A DNA stretch of 64,000 bases from Auanema rhodensis. Its lineage: Eukaryota; Animalia; Nematoda. The DNA is taken from assembly GCA_964057225.1 (NCBI GenBank), contig OZ059900.1:22754001-22818000 (forward strand), given 5' to 3'. Each line of letters begins with the position of its first letter. Position 1 is the first letter of the stretch. This document shows positions 1 to 12,200 of this stretch, piece after piece. The translations under genes and the position numbers were made by a program. Below the pieces are notes generated by a model, which saw only the letters and a list, made by a program, of their open reading frames with translations, was not told where the DNA came from and made no database searches.

Positions 1-166
1 ATGAAACCTAGCTCAAAATTGTTTGTACAACGTCTAGTTCCACTTTCACGACAAAAAAACAGGGGTTAGAAAATTAAGGAAATTAGCATATTCTGAGGGC
101 ACGCCCCTTATGGCTAATATTGATTTAAACGATTTTTGTTCATATGAGTCGTCAAATGCAACGAAT

Positions 167-209
167 TTCAGCGTGTTACATACTAAAATGAAGCATTTTA
201 CATGCTGAA
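167..209. other. Imperfect inverted repeat (potential hairpin/cruciform) within each monomer
   Basis: TTCAGCGTG...CATGCTGAA outer arms (one G-T pair) enclose the perfect inner stem TAAAATG-aag-CATTTTA, with an 8-nt bulge on the left arm. Confidence 0.6.
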
Positions 210-283
210 CACTAGAAATATACAAAAACACAGTTTTTCCCATGAGAAATATTTTATTATGCTGGAAAACCAGTTTTTGGAAA

Positions 284-300
284 TTTCGCTGTAAACAAGG
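284..300 (+). other. CENP-B-box-like 17-mer TTTCGCTGTAAACAAGG (present in essentially every monomer; function unproven)
   Basis: 12/17 match to YTTCGTTGGAARCGGGA; 7 of the 9 core bases (TTCG....A..CGGG). Confidence 0.35.
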
Positions 301-575
301 TTTTGACTTACGATTTCATGTGTTCAAACTCTTGCAATGTCAATGAAACCTAGCTCAAAATTGTTCGTACAACGTCTAGTTCCACTTTCACGACAAAAAA
401 ACAGGGGTTAGAAAATTTAGGAAATTAGCATATTCTGAGGGCACGCCCCTTATGGCTAATATTGATTAAATCGATTTTTGTTCATATGAGTCGTCAAATG
501 CAACGAATTTCAGCGTGTTACATACTAAAATGAAGTATTTTACATGCTGAACACTAGAAAAATACAAAAACACAG

Positions 576-593
576 TATTTCTCATGAGAAATA
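576..593. other. Perfect 18-bp palindrome TATTTCTCATGAGAAATA (only in monomers with the CTCATG allele)
   Basis: The sequence equals its own reverse complement; CCCATG monomers carry one mismatch. Confidence 0.8.
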
Positions 594-3500
594 TTTTATT
601 ATGCTGGAAAACCAGTTTTTGGATATTTCGCTGTAAACAAGGTTTTGACTTACGATTTCATGTGTTCAAACTCATGCAATGTCAATGAAACCTAGCTCAA
701 AATTGTTTGTACAACGTCTAGTTCCACTTTCACGACAAAAAAACAGGGGTTAGAAAATTAAGGAAATTAGCATATTCTGAGGGCACGCCCCTTATGGCTA
801 ATATTGATTAAATCGATTTTTGTTCATATGAGTCGTCAAATGCAACGAATTTCAGCGTGTTACATACTAAAATGAAGCATTTTACATGCTGAACACTAGA
901 AAAATACAAAAACACAGTTTTTCCCATGAGAAATATTTTATTATGCTGGAAAACCAGTTTTTGGAAATTTCGCTGTAAACAAGGTTTTGACTTACGATTT
1001 CATGTGTTCAAACTCATGCAATGTCAATGAAACCTAGCTCAAAATTGTTTGTACAACGTCTAGTTCCACTTTCACGACAAAAAAACAGGGGTTAGAAAAT
1101 TAAGGAAATTAGCATATTCTGAGGGCACGCCCCTTATGGCTAATATTGATTAAATCGATTTTTGTTCATATGAGTCGTCAAATGCAACGAATTTCAGCGT
1201 GTTACATACTAAAATGAAGCATTTTACATGCTGAACACTAAAAAAATACAAAAACACAGTATTTCCCATGAGAAATATTTTATTATGCTGGAAAACCAGT
1301 TTTTGGAAATTTCGCTGTAAACAAGGTTTTGACTTACGATTTCATGTGTTCAAACTCATGCAATGTCAATGAAACCTAGCTCAAAATTGTTCTTACAACG
1401 TCTAGTTCCACTTTCACGACAAAAAAACAGGGGTTAGAAAATTTAGGAAATTAGCATATTCTGAGGGCACGCCCCTTATGGCTAATATTGATTAAATCGA
1501 TTTTTGTTCATATGAGTCGTCAAATGCAACGAATTTCAGCGTGTTACATACTAAAATGAAGTATTTTACATGCTGAACACTAGAAAAATACAAAAACACA
1601 GTATTTCCCATGAGAAATATTTTATTATGCTGGAAAACCAGTTTTTGGAAATTTCGCTGTAAACAAGGTTTTGACTTACGATTTCATGTGTTCAAACTCA
1701 TGCAATGTCAATGAAACCTAGCTCAAAATTGTTTGTACAACGTCTAGTTCCACTTTCACGACAAAAAAACAGGGGTTAGAAAATTAAGGAAATTAGCATA
1801 TTCTGAGGGCACGCCCCTTATGGCTAATATTGATTAAATCGATTTTTGTTCATATGAGTCGTCAAATGCAACGAATTTCAGCGTGTTACATACTAAAATG
1901 AAGCATTTTACATGCTGAACACTAAAAAAATACAAAAACACAGTATTTCCCATGAGAAATATTTTATTATGCTGGAAAACCAGTTTTTGGAAATTTCGCT
2001 GTAAACAAGGTTTTGACTTACGATTTCATGTGTTCAAACTCATGCAATGTCAATGAAACCTAGCTCAAAATTGTTCGTACAACGTCTAGTTCCACTTTCA
2101 CGACAAAAAAACAGGGGTTAGAAAATTTAGGAAATTAGCATATTCTGAGGGCACGCCCCTTATGGCTAATATTGATTAAATCGATTTTTGTTCATATGAG
2201 TCGTCAAATGCAACGAATTTCAGCGTGTTACATACTAAAATGAAGCATTTTACATGCTGAACACTAGAAAAATACAAAAACACAGTATTTCTCATGAGAA
2301 ATATGTTATTATGCTGGAAAACAAGTTTTTGGAAATTTCGCTGTAAACAAGGTTTGACTTACGATTTCATGTGTTCAAACTCATGCAATGTCAATGAAAC
2401 CTAGCTCAAAATTGTTCTTACAACGTCTAGTTCCACTTTCACGACAAAAAAACAGGGGTTAGAAAATTAAGGAAATTAGCATATTCTGAGGGCACGCCCC
2501 TTATGGCTAATATTGATTAAATCGATTTTTGTTCATATGAGTAGTCAAATGCAACGAATTTCAGCGTGTTACATACTAAAATGAAGCATTTCACATGCTG
2601 AACACTAGAAAAATACAAAAACACAGTATTTCCCATGAGAAATATTTTATTATGCTGGAAAACCAGTTTTTGGAAATTTCGCTGTAAACAAGGTTTTGAC
2701 TTACGATTTCATGTGTTCAAACTCATGCAATGTCAATGAAACCTAGCTCAAAATTGTTTGTACAACGTCTAGTTCCACTTTCACGACAAAAAAACAGGGG
2801 TTAGAAAATTAAGGAAATTAGCATATTCTGAGGGCACGCCCCTTATGGCTAATATTGATTTAAACGATTTTTGTTCATATGAGTCGTCAAATGCAACGAA
2901 TTTCAGCGTGTTACATACTAAAATGAAGCATTTTACATGCTGAACACTAGAAATATACAAAAACACAGTTTTTCCCATGAGAAATATTTTATTATGCTGG
3001 AAAACCAGTTTTTGGAAATTTCGCTGTAAACAAGGTTTTGACTTACGATTTCATGTGTTCAAACTCTTGCAATGTCAATGAAACCTAGCTCAAAATTGTT
3101 CGTACAACGTCTAGTTCCACTTTCACGACAAAAAAACAGGGGTTAGAAAATTTAGGAAATTAGCATATTCTGAGGGCACGCCCCTTATGGCTAATATTGA
3201 TTAAATCGATTTTTGTTCATATGAGTCGTCAAATGCAACGAATTTCAGCGTGTTACATACTAAAATGAAGTATTTTACATGCTGAACACTAGAAAAATAC
3301 AAAAACACAGTATTTCTCATGAGAAATATTTTATTATGCTGGAAAACCAGTTTTTGGATATTTCGCTGTAAACAAGGTTTTGACTTACGATTTCATGTGT
3401 TCAAACTCATGCAATGTCAATGAAACCTAGCTCAAAATTGTTTGTACAACGTCTAGTTCCACTTTCACGACAAAAAAACAGGGGTTAGAAAATTAAGGAA

Positions 3501-6500
3501 ATTAGCATATTCTGAGGGCACGCCCCTTATGGCTAATATTGATTAAATCGATTTTTGTTCATATGAGTCGTCAAATGCAACGAATTTCAGCGTGTTACAT
3601 ACTAAAATGAAGCATTTTACATGCTGAACACTAGAAAAATACAAAAACACAGTTTTTCCCATGAGAAATATTTTATTATGCTGGAAAACCAGTTTTTGGA
3701 AATTTCGCTGTAAACAAGGTTTTGACTTACGATTTCATGTGTTCAAACTCATGCAATGTCAATGAAACCTAGCTCAAAATTGTTTGTACAACGTCTAGTT
3801 CCACTTTCACGACAAAAAAACAGGGGTTAGAAAATTAAGGAAATTAGCATATTCTGAGGGCACGCCCCTTATGGCTAATATTGATTAAATCGATTTTTGT
3901 TCATATGAGTCGTCAAATGCAACGAATTTCAGCGTGTTACATACTAAAATGAAGCATTTTACATGCTGAACACTAAAAAAATACAAAAACACAGTATTTC
4001 CCATGAGAAATATTTTATTATGCTGGAAAACCAGTTTTTGGAAATTTCGCTGTAAACAAGGTTTTGACTTACGATTTCATGTGTTCAAACTCATGCAATG
4101 TCAATGAAACCTAGCTCAAAATTGTTCTTACAACGTCTAGTTCCACTTTCACGACAAAAAAACAGGGGTTAGAAAATTTAGGAAATTAGCATATTCTGAG
4201 GGCACGCCCCTTATGGCTAATATTGATTAAATCGATTTTTGTTCATATGAGTCGTCAAATGCAACGAATTTCAGCGTGTTACATACTAAAATGAAGTATT
4301 TTACATGCTGAACACTAGAAAAATACAAAAACACAGTATTTCCCATGAGAAATATTTTATTATGCTGGAAAACCAGTTTTTGGAAATTTCGCTGTAAACA
4401 AGGTTTTGACTTACGATTTCATGTGTTCAAACTCATGCAATGTCAATGAAACCTAGCTCAAAATTGTTTGTACAACGTCTAGTTCCACTTTCACGACAAA
4501 AAAACAGGGGTTAGAAAATTAAGGAAATTAGCATATTCTGAGGGCACGCCCCTTATGGCTAATATTGATTAAATCGATTTTTGTTCATATGAGTCGTCAA
4601 ATGCAACGAATTTCAGCGTGTTACATACTAAAATGAAGCATTTTACATGCTGAACACTAAAAAAATACAAAAACACAGTATTTCCCATGAGAAATATTTT
4701 ATTATGCTGGAAAACCAGTTTTTGGAAATTTCGCTGTAAACAAGGTTTTGACTTACGATTTCATGTGTTCAAACTCATGCAATGTCAATGAAACCTAGCT
4801 CAAAATTGTTTGTACAACGTCTAGTTCCACTTTCACGACAAAAAAACAGGGGTTAGAAAATTAAGGAAATTAGCATATTCTGAGGGCACGCCCCTTATGG
4901 CTAATATTGATTTAAACGATTTTTGTTCATATGAGTCGTCAAATGCAACGAATTTCAGCGTGTTACATACTAAAATGAAGCATTTTACATGCTGAACACT
5001 AGAAATATACAAAAACACAGTTTTTCCCATGAGAAATATTTTATTATGCTGGAAAACCAGTTTTTGGAAATTTCGCTGTAAACAAGGTTTTGACTTACGA
5101 TTTCATGTGTTCAAACTCTTGCAATGTCAATGAAACCTAGCTCAAAATTGTTCGTACAACGTCTAGTTCCACTTTCACGACAAAAAAACAGGGGTTAGAA
5201 AATTTAGGAAATTAGCATATTCTGAGGGCACGCCCCTTATGGCTAATATTGATTAAATCGATTTTTGTTCATATGAGTCGTCAAATGCAACGAATTTCAG
5301 CGTGTTACATACTAAAATGAAGTATTTTACATGCTGAACACTAGAAAAATACAAAAACACAGTATTTCTCATGAGAAATATTTTATTATGCTGGAAAACC
5401 AGTTTTTGGATATTTCGCTGTAAACAAGGTTTTGACTTACGATTTCATGTGTTCAAACTCATGCAATGTCAATGAAACCTAGCTCAAAATTGTTTGTACA
5501 ACGTCTAGTTCCACTTTCACGACAAAAAAACAGGGGTTAGAAAATTAAGGAAATTAGCATATTCTGAGGGCACGCCCCTTATGGCTAATATTGATTAAAT
5601 CGATTTTTGTTCATATGAGTCGTCAAATGCAACGAATTTCAGCGTGTTACATACTAAAATGAAGCATTTTACATGCTGAACACTAGAAAAATACAAAAAC
5701 ACAGTTTTTCCCATGAGAAATATTTTATTATGCTGGAAAACCAGTTTTTGGAAATTTCGCTGTAAACAAGGTTTTGACTTACGATTTCATGTGTTCAAAC
5801 TCATGCAATGTCAATGAAACCTAGCTCAAAATTGTTTGTACAACGTCTAGTTCCACTTTCACGACAAAAAAACAGGGGTTAGAAAATTAAGGAAATTAGC
5901 ATATTCTGAGGGCACGCCCCTTATGGCTAATATTGATTAAATCGATTTTTGTTCATATGAGTCGTCAAATGCAACGAATTTCAGCGTGTTACATACTAAA
6001 ATGAAGCATTTTACATGCTGAACACTAAAAAAATACAAAAACACAGTATTTCCCATGAGAAATATTTTATTATGCTGGAAAACCAGTTTTTGGAAATTTC
6101 GCTGTAAACAAGGTTTTGACTTACGATTTCATGTGTTCAAACTCATGCAATGTCAATGAAACCTAGCTCAAAATTGTTCTTACAACGTCTAGTTCCACTT
6201 TCACGACAAAAAAACAGGGGTTAGAAAATTTAGGAAATTAGCATATTCTGAGGGCACGCCCCTTATGGCTAATATTGATTAAATCGATTTTTGTTCATAT
6301 GAGTCGTCAAATGCAACGAATTTCAGCGTGTTACATACTAAAATGAAGTATTTTACATGCTGAACACTAGAAAAATACAAAAACACAGTATTTCCCATGA
6401 GAAATATTTTATTATGCTGGAAAACCAGTTTTTGGAAATTTCGCTGTAAACAAGGTTTTGACTTACGATTTCATGTGTTCAAACTCATGCAATGTCAATG

Positions 6501-9232
6501 AAACCTAGCTCAAAATTGTTTGTACAACGTCTAGTTCCACTTTCACGACAAAAAAACAGGGGTTAGAAAATTAAGGAAATTAGCATATTCTGAGGGCACG
6601 CCCCTTATGGCTAATATTGATTAAATCGATTTTTGTTCATATGAGTCGTCAAATGCAACGAATTTCAGCGTGTTACATACTAAAATGAAGCATTTTACAT
6701 GCTGAACACTAAAAAAATACAAAAACACAGTATTTCCCATGAGAAATATTTTATTATGCTGGAAAACCAGTTTTTGGAAATTTCGCTGTAAACAAGGTTT
6801 TGACTTACGATTTCATGTGTTCAAACTCATGCAATGTCAATGAAACCTAGCTCAAAATTGTTCGTACAACGTCTAGTTCCACTTTCACGACAAAAAAACA
6901 GGGGTTAGAAAATTTAGGAAATTAGCATATTCTGAGGGCACGCCCCTTATGGCTAATATTGATTAAATCGATTTTTGTTCATATGAGTCGTCAAATGCAA
7001 CGAATTTCAGCGTGTTACATACTAAAATGAAGCATTTTACATGCTGAACACTAGAAAAATACAAAAACACAGTATTTCTCATGAGAAATATGTTATTATG
7101 CTGGAAAACAAGTTTTTGGAAATTTCGCTGTAAACAAGGTTTGACTTACGATTTCATGTGTTCAAACTCATGCAATGTCAATGAAACCTAGCTCAAAATT
7201 GTTCTTACAACGTCTAGTTCCACTTTCACGACAAAAAAACAGGGGTTAGAAAATTAAGGAAATTAGCATATTCTGAGGGCACGCCCCTTATGGCTAATAT
7301 TGATTAAATCGATTTTTGTTCATATGAGTAGTCAAATGCAACGAATTTCAGCGTGTTACATACTAAAATGAAGCATTTCACATGCTGAACACTAGAAAAA
7401 TACAAAAACACAGTATTTCCCATGAGAAATATTTTATTATGCTGGAAAACCAGTTTTTGGAAATTTCGCTGTAAACAAGGTTTTGACTTACGATTTCATG
7501 TGTTCAAACTCATGCAATGTCAATGAAACCTAGCTCAAAATTGTTTGTACAACGTCTAGTTCCACTTTCACGACAAAAAAACAGGGGTTAGAAAATTAAG
7601 GAAATTAGCATATTCTGAGGGCACGCCCCTTATGGCTAATATTGATTTAAACGATTTTTGTTCATATGAGTCGTCAAATGCAACGAATTTCAGCGTGTTA
7701 CATACTAAAATGAAGCATTTTACATGCTGAACACTAGAAATATACAAAAACACAGTTTTTCCCATGAGAAATATTTTATTATGCTGGAAAACCAGTTTTT
7801 GGAAATTTCGCTGTAAACAAGGTTTTGACTTACGATTTCATGTGTTCAAACTCTTGCAATGTCAATGAAACCTAGCTCAAAATTGTTCGTACAACGTCTA
7901 GTTCCACTTTCACGACAAAAAAACAGGGGTTAGAAAATTTAGGAAATTAGCATATTCTGAGGGCACGCCCCTTATGGCTAATATTGATTAAATCGATTTT
8001 TGTTCATATGAGTCGTCAAATGCAACGAATTTCAGCGTGTTACATACTAAAATGAAGTATTTTACATGCTGAACACTAGAAAAATACAAAAACACAGTAT
8101 TTCTCATGAGAAATATTTTATTATGCTGGAAAACCAGTTTTTGGATATTTCGCTGTAAACAAGGTTTTGACTTACGATTTCATGTGTTCAAACTCATGCA
8201 ATGTCAATGAAACCTAGCTCAAAATTGTTTGTACAACGTCTAGTTCCACTTTCACGACAAAAAAACAGGGGTTAGAAAATTAAGGAAATTAGCATATTCT
8301 GAGGGCACGCCCCTTATGGCTAATATTGATTAAATCGATTTTTGTTCATATGAGTCGTCAAATGCAACGAATTTCAGCGTGTTACATACTAAAATGAAGC
8401 ATTTTACATGCTGAACACTAGAAAAATACAAAAACACAGTTTTTCCCATGAGAAATATTTTATTATGCTGGAAAACCAGTTTTTGGAAATTTCGCTGTAA
8501 ACAAGGTTTTGACTTACGATTTCATGTGTTCAAACTCATGCAATGTCAATGAAACCTAGCTCAAAATTGTTTGTACAACGTCTAGTTCCACTTTCACGAC
8601 AAAAAAACAGGGGTTAGAAAATTAAGGAAATTAGCATATTCTGAGGGCACGCCCCTTATGGCTAATATTGATTAAATCGATTTTTGTTCATATGAGTCGT
8701 CAAATGCAACGAATTTCAGCGTGTTACATACTAAAATGAAGCATTTTACATGCTGAACACTAAAAAAATACAAAAACACAGTATTTCCCATGAGAAATAT
8801 TTTATTATGCTGGAAAACCAGTTTTTGGAAATTTCGCTGTAAACAAGGTTTTGACTTACGATTTCATGTGTTCAAACTCATGCAATGTCAATGAAACCTA
8901 GCTCAAAATTGTTCTTACAACGTCTAGTTCCACTTTCACGACAAAAAAACAGGGGTTAGAAAATTTAGGAAATTAGCATATTCTGAGGGCACGCCCCTTA
9001 TGGCTAATATTGATTAAATCGATTTTTGTTCATATGAGTCGTCAAATGCAACGAATTTCAGCGTGTTACATACTAAAATGAAGTATTTTACATGCTGAAC
9101 ACTAGAAAAATACAAAAACACAGTATTTCCCATGAGAAATATTTTATTATGCTGGAAAACCAGTTTTTGGAAATTTCGCTGTAAACAAGGTTTTGACTTA
9201 CGATTTCATGTGTTCAAACTCATGCAATGTCA

Positions 9233-12200
9233 ATGAAACCTAGCTCAAAATTGTTTGTACAACGTCTAGTTCCACTTTCACGACAAAAAAACAGGGGTTA
9301 GAAAATTAAGGAAATTAGCATATTCTGAGGGCACGCCCCTTATGGCTAATATTGATTAAATCGATTTTTGTTCATATGAGTCGTCAAATGCAACGAATTT
9401 CAGCGTGTTACATACTAAAATGAAGCATTTTACATGCTGAACACTAAAAAAATACAAAAACACAGTATTTCCCATGAGAAATATTTTATTATGCTGGAAA
9501 ACCAGTTTTTGGAAATTTCGCTGTAAACAAGGTTTTGACTTACGATTTCATGTGTTCAAACTCATGCAATGTCAATGAAACCTAGCTCAAAATTGTTCTT
9601 ACAACGTCTAGTTCCACTTTCACGACAAAAAAACAGGGGTTAGAAAATTTAGGAAATTAGCATATTCTGAGGGCACGCCCCTTATGGCTAATATTGATTA
9701 AATCGATTTTTGTTCATATGAGTCGTCAAATGCAACGAATTTCAGCGTGTTACATACTAAAATGAAGCATTTTACATGCTGAACACTAGAAAAATACGAA
9801 AACACAGTTTTTCCCATGAGAAATATTTTATTATGCTGGAAAACCAGTTTTTGGAAATTTCGCTGTAAACAAGGTTTTGACTTACGATTTCATGTGTTCA
9901 AACTCATGCAATGTCAATGAAACCTAGCTCAAAATTGTTCCTACAACGTCTAGTTCCACTTTCACGACAAAAAACAGGGGTTAGAAAATTAAGGAAATTA
10001 GCATATTCTGAGGGCACGCCCCTTATGGCTAATTTTGATTAAATCGATTTTTGTTCATATGAGTCGTCAAATGCAACGAATTTCAGCGTGTTACATACTA
10101 AAATGAAGCATTTTACATGCTGAACACTAGAAAAATACAAAAACACAGTATTTCCCATGAGAAATATTTTATTATGCTGGAAAACCAGTTTTTGGAAATT
10201 TCGCTGTAAACAAGGTTTTGACTTACGATTTCATGTGTTCAAACTCATGCAATGTCAATGAAACCTAGCTCAAAATTGTTCCTACAACGTCTAGTTCCAC
10301 TTTCACGACAAAAAAACAGGGGTTAGAAAATTAAGGAAATTAGCATATTCTGAGGGCACGCCCCTAATGGCTAATATTGATTAAATCGATTTTTGTTCAT
10401 ATGAGTCGTCAAATGCAACGAATTTCAGCGTGTTACATACTAAAATGAAGCATTTTACATGCTGAACACTAGAAAAATACAAAAACACAGTTTTTCCCAT
10501 GAGAAATATTTTATTATGCTGGAAAACCAGTTTTTGGAAATTTCGCTGTAAACAAGGTTTTGACTTACGATTTCATGTGTTCAAACTCTTGCAATGTCAA
10601 TGAAACCTAGCTCAAAATTGTTTGTACAACGTCTAGTTCCACTTTCACGACAAAAAAACAGGGGTTAGAAAATTAAGGAAATTAGCATATTCTGAGGGCA
10701 CGCCCCTTATGGCTAATATTGATTAAATCGATTTTTGTTCATATGAGTCGTCAAATGCAACGAATTTCAGCGTGTTACATACTAAAATGAAGTATTTTAC
10801 ATGTTGAACACTAGAAAAATACAAAAACACAGTATTTCCCATGAGAAATATTTTATTATGCTGGAAAACCAGTTTTTGGAAATTTCGCTGTAAACAAGGT
10901 TTTGACTTACGATTTCATGTGTTCAAACTCATGCAATGTCAATGAAACCTAGCTCAAAATTGTTCCTACAACGTCTAGTTCCACTTTCACGACAAAAAAC
11001 AGGGGTTAGAAAATTAAGGAAATTAGCATATTCTGAGGGCACGCCCCTTATGGCTAATATTGATTAAATCGATTTTTGTTCATATGAGTCGTCAAATGCA
11101 ACGAATTTCAGCGTGTTACATACTAAAATGAAGCATTTTACATGCTGAACACTAGAAAAATACAAAAACACAGTATTTCCCATGAGAAATATTTTATTAT
11201 GCTGGAAAACCAGTTTTTGGAAATTTCGCTGTAAACAAGGTTTTGACTTACGATTTCATGTGTTCAAACTCATGCAATGTCAATGAAACCTAGCTCAAAA
11301 TTGTTTGTACAACGTCTAGTTCCACTTTCACGACAAAAAAACAGGGGTTAGAAAATTAAGGAAATTAGCATATTCTGAGGGCACGCCCCTTATGGCTAAT
11401 ATTGATTAAATCGATTTTTGTTCGTATGAGTCGTCAAATGCAACGAATTTCAGCGTGTTACATACTAAAATGAAGCATTTTACATGCTGAACACTAGAAA
11501 AATACAAAAACACAGTATTTCTCATGAGAAATATTTTATTATGCTGGTAAACCAGTTTTTGGAAATTTCGCTGTAAACAAGGTTTTGACTTACGATTTCA
11601 TGTGTTCAAACTCATGCAATGTCAATGAAACCTAGCTCAAAATTGTTTGTACAACGTCTAGTTCCACTTTCACGACAAAAAAACAGGGGTTAGAAAATTA
11701 AGGAAATTAGCATATTCTGAGGGCACGCCCCTTATGGCTAATATTGATTAAATCGATTTTTGTTCATATGAGTAGTCAAATGCAACGAATTTCAGCGTGT
11801 TACATACTAAAATGAAGCATTTTACATGCTGAACACTAGAAAAATACAAAAACACAGTATTTCCCATGAGAAATATTTTATTATGCTGGAAAACCAGTTT
11901 TTGGAAATTTCGCTGTAAACAAGGTTTTGACTTACGATTTCATGTGTTCAAACTCTTGCAATGTCAATGAAACCTAGCTCAAAATTGTTCGTACAACGTC
12001 TAGTTCCACTTTCACGACAAAAAAACAGGGGTTAGAAAATTTAGGAAATTAGCATATTCTGAGGGCACGCCCCTTATGGCTAATATTGATTAAATCGATT
12101 TTTGTTCATATGAGTCGTCAAATGCAACGAATTTCAGCGTGTTACATACTAAAATGAAGTATTTTACATGCTGAACACTAGAAAAATACAAAAACACAGT

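Larger units (their letters stand above)
1..342. repeat. Representative satellite monomer (342 bp, 115 G+C = ~34% GC, many A/T tracts)
   Basis: Direct reading; the next copy begins at 343. The phase is arbitrary and set by the window start. Confidence 0.98.
1..9574. repeat. Higher-order repeat: 14-mer (4787 bp) x2, each built of an 8-mer plus a truncated 6-mer (ABCDEDFG-ABCDED)
   Basis: The A-type monomer (GATTTAAACG, AAATATAC) starts at 1, 2736, 4788, 7523 (spacings 2735/2052/2735, matching the ORF track). The F-type (ATATGTT, AAACAAG, GGTTTGA) is at 2053 and 6840, and the G-type at 2394 and 7181. Confidence 0.92.

Noticed and set aside
1-69. Plus-strand ATG-initiated 22-codon ORF at the monomer start; monomer length divisible by 3
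   Set aside because: Too short, stops at TAG, and is frameshifted in six-A monomers. No ORF spans monomers, so this is not a coding tandem repeat.
91-210. Hammerhead ribozyme, as found in some ~300-500 bp animal satellites
   Set aside because: The CTGA occurrences read CTGAGGG, CTGAACA and (minus strand) CTGAAAT; none matches the CUGANGA core. An Infernal/Rfam scan would settle it.
46-243. 65-aa minus-strand ORF (11 copies: 46, 2781, 4833, 7568, 50982, 52349, 53374, 54399, 57813, 60886, 62935)
   Set aside because: It is open only in monomers where GATTAAATCG becomes GATTTAAACG, which removes an in-frame TAA. The other ~176 monomers have the stop. No recognisable domain; it is just a marker of one satellite variant.
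1-342. Primate alpha satellite dimer (2 x 171 bp)
   Set aside because: Length coincidence only; I see no alpha-satellite sequence similarity beyond the degenerate CENP-B-like 17-mer.
1-342. MITE or transposon-derived tandem unit
   Set aside because: No terminal inverted repeats bounding a unit and no target-site duplications. A remote TE origin cannot be excluded without a database search.
322-363. Pol III / tRNA-like boxes: GTTCAAACTC (B-box-like) and TAGCTCAAAATTG (A-box-like)
   Set aside because: Both are imperfect and in the wrong order (B before A; the A-to-B distance would be >300 bp). No cloverleaf and no resemblance to 5S rRNA.
404-428. Telomere-like GGGGTTAG...TTTAGG...TTAG
   Set aside because: Three scattered TTAG words in a short degenerate AAATTAG repeat, not a tandem telomeric tract.
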